From positions 1 to 28,867 of IMG/VR virus record IMGVR_UViG_3300020016_000035: 28,867 nt of DNA, one strand, 5' to 3'. Of the stretch, positions 1 through 6,122 are shown in pieces (the first letter of the stretch is position 1; each line of letters starts with the position of its first letter). The notes beneath the pieces are model-generated. The model did no database searches. It was not told the origin of the DNA and was given only the letters and a program-made list of their open reading frames with translations. This DNA is from a virus. Its lineage: Duplodnaviria; Caudoviricetes. A program made the position numbers and the translations under genes.

Positions 1-11
1 TGGAGTCCGAA

Positions 12-338
12 GTGTCCACCGCTGTTGTTGAAACGGTGGAAAACCCTGCTGCTGTCGTTGACACTGCAGAAGCCCCCGTCGCGCCCGTTGAAGCCGCTGC
101 TGCGCCCGCGGAAGCTGCTGTCGCTGCGGACACGCCCGTTGCAGTTGCCAAGACCAAGAAGTACCCCCGCGTCGGGGGCAAGTGTTGGCAGGTGTGGAAC
201 GCCTGCGACGAACTGGTCGCCGCCGGTACTCACCCGACTGTCAAGCACCTGCGCGATCACGCAGTCGCCAACAACTGGAACGTGTCCAACGCCTCGCAGG
301 AGTTCTACGCCTGGCGCAAGTATCACGGTCGCGTCTAA
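12..338 (+). CDS. Hypothetical protein with Ala/Pro/Glu-rich N-terminus and a conserved C-terminal helical, putative DNA-binding domain (paralog of 19444..20025)
   Basis: GGAG at 2-5 before the GTG start. The C-terminus PRVGGKCWQVW...N.SN...E...WRKYHG aligns with RPKAEGECGKAW...N.GN...E...WKKFHG. A terminator follows. Confidence 0.8.
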   Translation: MSTAVVETVENPAAVVDTAEAPVAPVEAAAAPAEAAVAADTPVAVAKTKKYPRVGGKCWQVWNACDELVAAGTHPTVKHLRDHAVANNWNVSNASQEFYAWRKYHGRV

Positions 339-355
339 GCAACACGCCTAGTCTC

Positions 356-387
356 AGGGGACACGCATTCCGCGTGTCCCCTTTTTT
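356..387 (+). terminator. Rho-independent terminator
   Basis: 11-bp stem AGGGGACACGC/GCGTGTCCCCT, 5-nt loop, T-tract. Confidence 0.9.
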
Positions 388-409
388 GCATATCAGAGGA
401 GCTACTTCT

Positions 410-622
410 ATGAGGCAATACGCCCTTCGCGCTTTCGCGCTACTCGCAGCCGCTTGCGCTGCTTCGGCCGTCGCTGCTACTGAGTTGACGGTCATTCGCA
501 CCGATAAAGAGTACGCTGCCTGCCTGGAACAGCTTATCGCCAAGCGAGGCCTGCGCTACGCGGTGGATCACGCTGGGTCGACAAGCTGCGACCGTCGGGT
601 TCGCATTGGTGGTCGCCGATGA
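410..622 (+). CDS. Small exported protein with signal peptide
   Basis: GAGGAG RBS before ATG 410. MRQYALRAFALLAAACAASAVAA is a typical Sec signal, and the mature part has two Cys. Confidence 0.7.
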   Translation: MRQYALRAFALLAAACAASAVAATELTVIRTDKEYAACLEQLIAKRGLRYAVDHAGSTSCDRRVRIGGRR

Positions 623-756
623 GCCACATACCGGTGTTCGCTAGCAACCTCAACGAGCTGATTACGCTCGCGGGTCTTGCATCGGTGACAACGATCGCCG
701 CAAACCTTCTGACAGTAGTCGGGCTGCTCGCCGTTCTGCGAAAAGCTCGCCGTTAG
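619..756 (+). CDS. 45-aa membrane peptide (not in ORF track)
   Basis: ATGA overlap with the upstream stop. MSHIPVFASNLNELITLAGLASVTTIAANLLTVVGLLAVLRKARR is hydrophobic with a basic C-terminus and ends just before a terminator. Confidence 0.6.
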   Translation: MSHIPVFASNLNELITLAGLASVTTIAANLLTVVGLLAVLRKARR

Positions 757-770
757 ACGACGTCTCCAGA

Positions 771-798
771 AGCGGCCCCCGAAAGGGGGTCGCTTTTT
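771..798 (+). terminator. Rho-independent terminator
   Basis: AGCGGCCCCC-GAAA-GGGGGTCGCT followed by TTTT. Confidence 0.9.
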
Positions 799-888
799 CG
801 TGACTGTGTCGTATCAAATCAACTCAAGAAAATCTCGAGATCAGATCCTCGAAATCCCGAGGTTGAGTTTCGAGAAGCTTGAGGATGA

Positions 889-942
889 GACGACGACATG
901 ATATATATTTTTGGTCGACGACGACGCACGTATATATTTGGT
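889..942. repeat. Imperfect tandem repeat, 2 x ~27 bp
   Basis: GACGACGAC-atga-TATATATTTTTGGT then GACGACGAC-gcacg-TATATATTTGGT. Confidence 0.8.
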
Positions 943-966
943 GCGCGCGCTTCGAAAGAAGGGCGC

Positions 967-1036
967 TAGCTCGCAAGCCTGAGTCGAACAGGTCTCAGCA
1001 TTGGAGGTACTGGTGCTTCCGTTACACTAAATGCGA
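967..1036 (-). tRNA. Degenerate tRNA-like cloverleaf (anticodon position TCC/Gly; probably pseudo-tRNA or a tRNA-mimic domain)
   Basis: Minus strand reads TCGCATT TA GTGT-AACGGAA-GCAC CAGTA-CCTCCAA-TGCTG AGA CCTG-TTCGACT-CAGG CTTGCGA G CTA. D-arm and T-loop are canonical. Defects: two acceptor mismatches, C33, a 4-bp T-stem, and CTA instead of CCA. Confidence 0.6.
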
Positions 1037-1246
1037 GGTGAGAGTTTCTTTGAACGCCACACTGGACGAAATCCTCCGGCCGCTGCTCTCGCGTTCCCTT
1101 ATGGAACTGTGGATTGCTCTGTCCTGGAGATGTCCCCGTGCTATTGGTCTCAGTATCAGAAGAGGCAGATAGCCCTGCCTAGGCTTTGTGCCTGAACGAA
1201 CTTTCCACAATGAGAGACAGCGCAGCACGCAGACGATCGAGAAAAG

Positions 1247-1348
1247 ACTCGACCGACAGAAGACTCGAGCCGAAGAATCACTCGGTCAGAAGACTCGGCC
1301 GAGAACTCGAGCCCCCAATGTAACTCGAGGACTCGAGCTCCTTACTCG
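1247..1348. repeat. Array of 8 ACTCG motifs
   Basis: ACTCG at 1247, 1263, 1280, 1293, 1305, 1323, 1331, 1344, all in the same orientation; further copies at 1487 and 1528. Confidence 0.85.
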
Positions 1349-1415
1349 ACCGGTCTCAGGCTCATGGAGCACTGGCCTCTCCCGTCGGAAAGACTGATGA
1401 CGCACTCCATGCAGT

Positions 1416-1444
1416 ACCGTAGCATAGAACTTTGCGGGATGCAA
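1416..1444 (-). promoter_or_regulatory. Leftward sigma70-type promoter
   Basis: Minus strand TTGCAT-N17-TACGGT with TGC before the -10, the same pattern as the rightward promoters. Confidence 0.7.
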
Positions 1445-1549
1445 ATGATTTTTTATTCAGGCGAAAGTTGGCCTAGGGGTAAATAGACTCGACCAAGAAT
1501 ACAGAAAAGTAAGAGATAAGCGAGATAACTCGAGGAAGATTCGCAAATT

Positions 1550-1915
1550 ATTGGGGAATTAGTGATGATTATTAAGATTTTTGACCGCTAAGTGGTTGTT
1601 TTCATTAAATAAATATATAATAGAATATATAGAATAATAGTAATAGTATAGAGAGAGGTCATCTACTTTTCAACTAATCTTACGAGAGGCCACTTGACAA
1701 CCTTTTACACACTTGATGACCCCCTTTATAGGGGGAGCGAAAAAAAATTCTACCCCCTCATCTCTTACGTTTTTTCTATGCAAAAACAGTCACTTAACCG
1801 GGAAAAATCAATAAATTGCTCGCAATTGGAACCTACCCATAAAACTCGCCCATCTTCCTTACTGTCCCCCAAACACCCCATACCAACAATTCCCCCAATT
1901 CCCCCAATTCGCCCT
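1550..1915. other. Candidate replication origin or packaging/terminus region
   Basis: Very AT-rich core at ~1604-1650, imperfect 27-bp inverted repeat (1576-1602 vs 1783-1809), CCCCT-TTAT-AGGGG palindrome, and a switch from purine-rich to C-rich sequence, all between divergent promoters. Confidence 0.45.
1887..1913. repeat. 3 x 9-bp tandem repeat CAATTCCCC
   Basis: caattcccc caattcccc caattcgcc. Confidence 0.8.
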
Positions 1916-2078
1916 CTTCTCCCTACCCTTGTCGACATGCCCTCCTAGATCCCAGCTACAGCCATACAACTATGATAAGTTGTCTACAACTGTGACCCCT
2001 TGTCATTGCGCCGGTGTAACCAACACATACCTCCTATTCCTGCCCTACTTTCCCCACCGCTACACCGCAGCCCGACAC

Positions 2079-2108
2079 TTGCATCAACCGGCTGATCCAT
2101 GCTACATT
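2079..2108 (+). promoter_or_regulatory. Early promoter
   Basis: cTTGCAT-N18-TACATT with TGC extension, upstream of the first early gene. Confidence 0.65.
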
Positions 2109-2167
2109 ACTTTTGGGGTACAAAATCCCCTTCAGCACCATTCTACCAACAGAAGGACTTACCTGCT

Positions 2168-2422
2168 ATGAACAAGCCCACCAATCGAGTATATTCCCTA
2201 GGTTCCAATTCACTCGTCTACGCTCCTGGCATCGTTCAGTGGGCGATCAACGCAGCGAAATTCCCTGAAGATCGCGCACGGATGGTCCACATTGTGGCGT
2301 CCACCTGGAGCATTCCGAAGTTCGCTGCAGAGCAACTCCTAACGGAAAAAGTTCCATACCGCATCGTTAACGAAGCAGTGCGCTTCACGGTTGCGCAATC
2401 CAAAGAAAAGGTATCCGTGTAA
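2168..2422 (+). CDS. Hypothetical early protein
   Basis: AAGGA RBS before ATG 2168; stop overlaps the next start (TAATG). Confidence 0.75.
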   Translation: MNKPTNRVYSLGSNSLVYAPGIVQWAINAAKFPEDRARMVHIVASTWSIPKFAAEQLLTEKVPYRIVNEAVRFTVAQSKEKVSV

Positions 2423-2604
2423 TGACCGGAACAATCACAGTTGTTATGAAGCTCGTAAAAGAGCACAAGTCCGTCGTGGAGTATGCTGAGATTGACGACA
2501 AGGGCGAAAAGAAATTCAAGCCTACGCTGCAACCGATCTACGTCCGCAAAAACGAATATCTGCCGGCGGCGTACACCGTTACTCTAACACCTACGGAGGT
2601 CTGA
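2422..2604 (+). CDS. Hypothetical protein
   Basis: Translationally coupled, tight packing. Confidence 0.7.
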   Translation: MTGTITVVMKLVKEHKSVVEYAEIDDKGEKKFKPTLQPIYVRKNEYLPAAYTVTLTPTEV

Positions 2605-2605
2605 C

Positions 2606-2944
2606 ATGGGTTGGTACTCTGGACCAAAGGACAACAGCGTTTGCTCGCACGTGAAGTTCAACCTGAAGGGTTGCAACCGGCTTGCAAATCACGATGGTAT
2701 GCATCGTAACATCTTTGACTCAACAAACGAGTACTGGTCGGACGATGCAGGTCGGTACATCAACACGCAGGAGGAATGGATCGCGCTAGTCAACGGGCTG
2801 GGAAATCCGAAGATGCAAGTTACAATCACTGAAGCACAACGCCGGCTGTTGATGAAGATCATAGCAACCTATGGTAAATCCTCAGACGAGGAAGAACTAA
2901 AGGAAATCGCGCGGTTGCTCCACATATTCGGCTTAGCGGCCTGA
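2606..2944 (+). CDS. Hypothetical protein
   Basis: GGAGG RBS, tight packing. Confidence 0.75.
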   Translation: MGWYSGPKDNSVCSHVKFNLKGCNRLANHDGMHRNIFDSTNEYWSDDAGRYINTQEEWIALVNGLGNPKMQVTITEAQRRLLMKIIATYGKSSDEEELKEIARLLHIFGLAA

Positions 2945-2995
2945 TGCAAGTCCATGTGGTGTCGTGTACACCACATGAGCGTGCAACACCGCACG
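2942..2995 (+). promoter_or_regulatory. Two-hairpin intergenic element, copy 1
   Basis: TGA-TGCAAGTC-[CATGTGGTGT cgtgt ACACCACATG]-AG-[CGTGC aacacc GCACG], then RBS. Confidence 0.75.
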
Positions 2996-3014
2996 ATAAC
3001 AGGAAGTATCCGCT

Positions 3015-3317
3015 ATGTCTAAGAAGATTGCATTCAATACTGGTCGGAAGTACACTATCCACGGTCAGCGCATCGTTGCTACCCTGCACGACGATGGTAT
3101 CGTTACGTTCCACGACATCGACCGGATGGTGTGTGGGGAGTTCAAGCTCGGACTGCACTGCCAATTCAACCAGGTGGAAGTTATGCACTGGTACGACAAC
3201 AATCTGGCGAATGGAACAGCCCGCTCGCACAGAGATGCTTTCTATCACGACAGCACGAACAGTACCGCTGCATATGTCGATCTGTGCGGCGAGACGCTCA
3301 ACAAGGTGGTGCGCTAA
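3015..3317 (+). CDS. Hypothetical protein
   Basis: AGGA RBS; stop coupled to the next start. Confidence 0.75.
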   Translation: MSKKIAFNTGRKYTIHGQRIVATLHDDGIVTFHDIDRMVCGEFKLGLHCQFNQVEVMHWYDNNLANGTARSHRDAFYHDSTNSTAAYVDLCGETLNKVVR

Positions 3318-3574
3318 TGACACACTCAATGAACGCACGCGCCACACGCCAGGGTTGGACTATACTCAAGCATGTCTCTGTGAATGGTGATGGCGTGCAG
3401 GCGCCCGGCGCTATCGTAATGTGCCAGATAGCCGACACAAGACGTCCTTTCGCAGTTCACTTCTTCAACGAGCAAGACGGCGGCTTCCATATGGGAAGCT
3501 ACTGCGAGGATCGGGCGGAAGCAGAAGACGTCTACGCAATGCGCGTACTGAAGTACCTCGGAAGGAACAAGTAG
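3317..3574 (+). CDS. Hypothetical protein
   Basis: TAATG coupling; AAGGTGG upstream. Confidence 0.7.
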   Translation: MTHSMNARATRQGWTILKHVSVNGDGVQAPGAIVMCQIADTRRPFAVHFFNEQDGGFHMGSYCEDRAEAEDVYAMRVLKYLGRNK

Positions 3575-3675
3575 TGATTGTAGAGTATGACGAAGCCCTG
3601 TTTCTCGGGCACGACAAAGAGAAATGGGTAAAGAAATACGGACCTCGCCCGCACACACGAAAGGAGTGTAAATGA
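3574..3675 (+). CDS. 33-aa hypothetical peptide
   Basis: AAGGA RBS and GTG overlapping the upstream TAG; fills the gap exactly up to an ATGA overlap. Confidence 0.5.
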   Translation: MIVEYDEALFLGHDKEKWVKKYGPRPHTRKECK

Positions 3676-4205
3676 GCCCAAGAATTCGAGTCAGAGAAGT
3701 AGAAGTCACTCAGGCGGATCGCGACGCGATGCTGCACAAGCATCCGATCGAAATTCCTCCTGTGGAGGTTGGGCGAACTCAAGTTAGTCCTACCGAAACG
3801 GTGGTTACCACATGCATAGTAAGTGAGGTTTACCGACACGAAGAAAATGGTGTGGTGAAGATCTATAACATTCGCGAGATTAAGGATTTAATCTACACTA
3901 ACGATATTCCGGTGAAAGCTCTTCAAATATACATGTCTGACGAATATGTCAGTTATATCTTTACTTACGGAGGATGTGAACAGTCCCACGTAGATCGCGT
4001 TACTGAGAAAGACATAGAACGCCCTGCAATTGGGGTTTTCTATCCCGATGGGTTGCAAATTATAGATGGCACCCATCGCATCGTCGCGCAATGGCGCAGG
4101 TTCAACAAGAAGAAAATGCGTATCCTGGTTGTTCCTGGTGAATTGGAACACTTATTCCTAATCGACCAGGACGAACTTGTTGACGCAGTTTGGATCAATA
4201 GGTGA
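3672..4205 (+). CDS. ParB/sulfiredoxin-like N-terminal domain protein
   Basis: AAGGAG RBS; P.I.V....LQIIDGTHRIVA matches the ParB-N DGxHR motif. Confidence 0.6.
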   Translation: MSPRIRVREVEVTQADRDAMLHKHPIEIPPVEVGRTQVSPTETVVTTCIVSEVYRHEENGVVKIYNIREIKDLIYTNDIPVKALQIYMSDEYVSYIFTYGGCEQSHVDRVTEKDIERPAIGVFYPDGLQIIDGTHRIVAQWRRFNKKKMRILVVPGELEHLFLIDQDELVDAVWINR

Positions 4206-4228
4206 ATCAACACGACAGAGGAGATACA

Positions 4229-4417
4229 ATGAGAGGAATAATCTTTCTCGCAATCATCCTTACTCTCTGGTTAGTACCAAAAAAGTACTATCCAAGAAGC
4301 TGGTTGGATCCTCACTATGAAAGCACAGCATGTATTCCGGAGCCTGAGCCCGATGAAAAGACTCTGTTATCGAAGGAATGGTTAGACTTTTGCGACATGA
4401 TGGTGTGGTCAAAGTGA
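4229..4417 (+). CDS. Small membrane-anchored protein
   Basis: GAGGAG RBS; N-terminal GIIFLAIILTLWLV. Confidence 0.65.
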   Translation: MRGIIFLAIILTLWLVPKKYYPRSWLDPHYESTACIPEPEPDEKTLLSKEWLDFCDMMVWSK

Positions 4418-4468
4418 TTGCAAGCCCATGTCCCACCTCGGTGAGGCATGTACGAGCAATCTCGCTCG
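4415..4468 (+). promoter_or_regulatory. Two-hairpin intergenic element, copy 2
   Basis: TGA-TTGCAAGCC-[CATGTC c CACC tc GGTG a GGCATG]-TA-[CGAGC aatctc GCTCG], then RBS. Confidence 0.75.
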
Positions 4469-4485
4469 ATATGGAGAACTACATT

Positions 4486-4809
4486 ATGAGTAACCCAATC
4501 TGGACACTGCTACACCCACTGATGACATACGAACATCTTGGTCCCTATCTTCCATACTTCCTCGTTAACGAGGATGAGCGTCCAGCAGCGCAGCAGTTCA
4601 ACGAACGCTACAAATTCGGAGGTTGGCGTCCGTTCGGTCAAGACAAGTTTACTCTAACTGAGACTCATATTTTGAAGTATCCCGGCGACCCGGCGCATCA
4701 GCCGATGGCAGTAACCCATCTGCGGGATGAACTGATCCTCCTGTATAACAGCGATGTGGTTGTTATCAAACAGCCCGACGGCTCGTTTGAAGTCTGCAGG
4801 ATGGATTGA
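4486..4809 (+). CDS. Hypothetical phage protein
   Basis: GGAG RBS before ATG 4486. Confidence 0.75.
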   Translation: MSNPIWTLLHPLMTYEHLGPYLPYFLVNEDERPAAQQFNERYKFGGWRPFGQDKFTLTETHILKYPGDPAHQPMAVTHLRDELILLYNSDVVVIKQPDGSFEVCRMD

Positions 4810-4867
4810 TTGCAAGCCCTTGCTCCATCCGTAAGAAAGATGGAGCAAGTTCGAGCAATCCCGCTCG
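4807..4867 (+). promoter_or_regulatory. Two-hairpin intergenic element, copy 3
   Basis: TGA-TTGCAAGCC-[CTTGCTCCATC cgtaagaaa GATGGAGCAAG]-TT-[CGAGC aatccc GCTCG], then GGA. Confidence 0.75.
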
Positions 4868-4884
4868 CAATGGAAGTACATGAT

Positions 4885-5154
4885 ATGGCTCAACTAGGAA
4901 AGGCAGTGAGCGTTCTATTAAGATTTGAACGCTCTTGCAGTGAGATGTACGACGACCTGTCGGCGTTTCATGCCCCAAGCGAATGCTACGAAGACGTATC
5001 CCGCGGCCAACGACGACGTTTCCGTAGGGTACGAAAGCACGCCTGCGCGGTAGCCGGCGTCAAAAATCTCAAGCAACTCCATAAGGCGATCAAAAAGGTA
5101 TGCCCAACTTGGGATCGCTACAATCACTTCCGCCTGGGCTTGGAGCACGTCTGA
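4885..5154 (+). CDS. Basic hypothetical protein
   Basis: Start uncertain (4870 or 4885); Arg-rich; TGATG coupling downstream. Confidence 0.65.
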   Translation: MAQLGKAVSVLLRFERSCSEMYDDLSAFHAPSECYEDVSRGQRRRFRRVRKHACAVAGVKNLKQLHKAIKKVCPTWDRYNHFRLGLEHV

Positions 5155-5327
5155 TGTTAAATGTACTTCTTATACTGCAGAACGAGCTGGACGGTCGTAC
5201 GCCAGGCTCACACAACTGGTTCATGACAGTGGACCGGATAGTCAAAGCTTTGCTGCGAGAACGTATCGAGCAGGAAGAGGCTAAGATCAGTGACGCTGAT
5301 TCGAAAGGAAGCCTGCGAAATGACTGA
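5154..5327 (+). CDS. Hypothetical protein
   Basis: GGAG RBS, TGATG coupling. Confidence 0.65.
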   Translation: MLNVLLILQNELDGRTPGSHNWFMTVDRIVKALLRERIEQEEAKISDADSKGSLRND

Positions 5328-5547
5328 CATCCGTAGCTGGAACTACACCCAACTCCCAAAGGGCATCTACGCCGCCCACGTTCGGAAACATGGATCATGG
5401 GACGGGTGGTTCTTGTTCCGTGCATTCCCGAACTCGGGAAGCAATTGCCTGGAATACGTCTCTCAAGACGAAAACGACGTCATTGCGAAAGCAGAGTCGT
5501 TCGTCCGAGGTGAACGCGATCCCGCAATCTACAGCGCATCCTACTGA
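5320..5547 (+). CDS. Hypothetical protein
   Basis: AAGGA RBS; overlaps the upstream stop. Confidence 0.65.
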   Translation: MTDIRSWNYTQLPKGIYAAHVRKHGSWDGWFLFRAFPNSGSNCLEYVSQDENDVIAKAESFVRGERDPAIYSASY

Positions 5548-5558
5548 AAGGAAAGACT

Positions 5559-5744
5559 ATGAAGTCAGCTCCTTATCTCGATGGTTGGCTCGCCCATAAG
5601 GGCGGGCTAACTCAACACAATCCGTACAGTGAGGACGTTCAACCTTATTCGTACGGACAATGGATTTCTGGTTGGTGTGATCGTTTTTCTGCTATCAAGC
5701 ACGAAGGCGATCTATCTCTAGATGACACTCAGACGTTCATATAG
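5559..5744 (+). CDS. Ribosome modulation factor (Rmf/CrpP)-like protein
   Basis: YLDGWLAHKGG...NPY......QWISGW follows the Rmf pattern (GY.AG..G.....CPY......WL.GW); AAGGA RBS. Confidence 0.55.
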   Translation: MKSAPYLDGWLAHKGGLTQHNPYSEDVQPYSYGQWISGWCDRFSAIKHEGDLSLDDTQTFI

Positions 5745-5752
5745 GAGGTGAA

Positions 5753-5914
5753 ATGAAGGCAGCTATCTGCTGGCGATGTGGAAAGGATCTGGGACATATT
5801 GTCTCAGATGATGCTGATCAGATTACCTGCTTCCAGTGTGACAACGATACCACTGGAAAGAGAAAGAAGATTTTCAATAAGAAACGGAAATACAGAAGAA
5901 AAAGGAAGAGGTGA
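5753..5914 (+). CDS. 53-aa zinc-ribbon protein with very basic tail (not in ORF track)
   Basis: Perfect TAGGAGGTGA RBS; MKAAICWRCGKDLGHIVSDDADQITCFQCDNDTTGKRKKIFNKKRKYRRKRKR. Confidence 0.75.
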   Translation: MKAAICWRCGKDLGHIVSDDADQITCFQCDNDTTGKRKKIFNKKRKYRRKRKR

Positions 5915-6069
5915 GATCGAGGCGAGGCCGAGGCTCGAGATGGTAGGCGTCGGTACGTCTTGATTGAAAAATGGAGCCCATTCCTATAATGGGCGCGGCC
6001 GGCGGGCGCCCGACGCGCGACGCCGACACGCGCCTACATCGACGTATGAATTCGATGCGCCGTTGATAC

Positions 6070-6098
6070 TTGCATCGAACCCAAATCTGTGCTACTAT
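6070..6098 (+). promoter_or_regulatory. Promoter
   Basis: cTTGCAT-N17-TACTAT with TGC extension. Confidence 0.8.
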
Positions 6099-6122
6099 GC
6101 TATAGCTTAACCGAGGTTCAGA

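Larger units (their letters stand above)
967..1411 (-). ncRNA. Putative ~450-nt structured non-coding RNA
   Basis: Lies downstream of a consensus leftward promoter and has no credible ORF. Contains a 5' hairpin (1363-1411), CGAGU repeats, a multibranch domain (1081-1222) and a tRNA-like 3' end. G-U pairs work only on the minus strand. Confidence 0.55.

Noticed and set aside
1247-1348. ACTCG arrays as CRISPR arrays
   Set aside because: The repeat unit is only 5-7 bp with irregular short spacing. The Cas4-like nuclease is a standard phage recombination exonuclease.
1694-1722. Perfect TTGACA as a promoter
   Set aside because: No plausible -10 box at 16-18 nt spacing.
879-2171. ORF-track ORFs 879..1172, 1022..1228, 1188..1397, 1694..1948 and 1929..2171
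   Set aside because: Weak TTG/GTG starts, no convincing RBS, and translations that simply mirror DNA repeats; the region is better explained as non-coding.
4415-4430. TTGCAAGCCC resembling the twister ribozyme CAAGCCC loop, or a minus-strand -35 box
   Set aside because: The flanking twister stems and pseudoknots cannot be built in all three copies, and no consistent minus-strand -10 box follows.
5778-5963. ORF-track 61-aa ORF
   Set aside because: The overlapping frame 5753..5914 has a far better RBS and a CxxC-CxxC motif.
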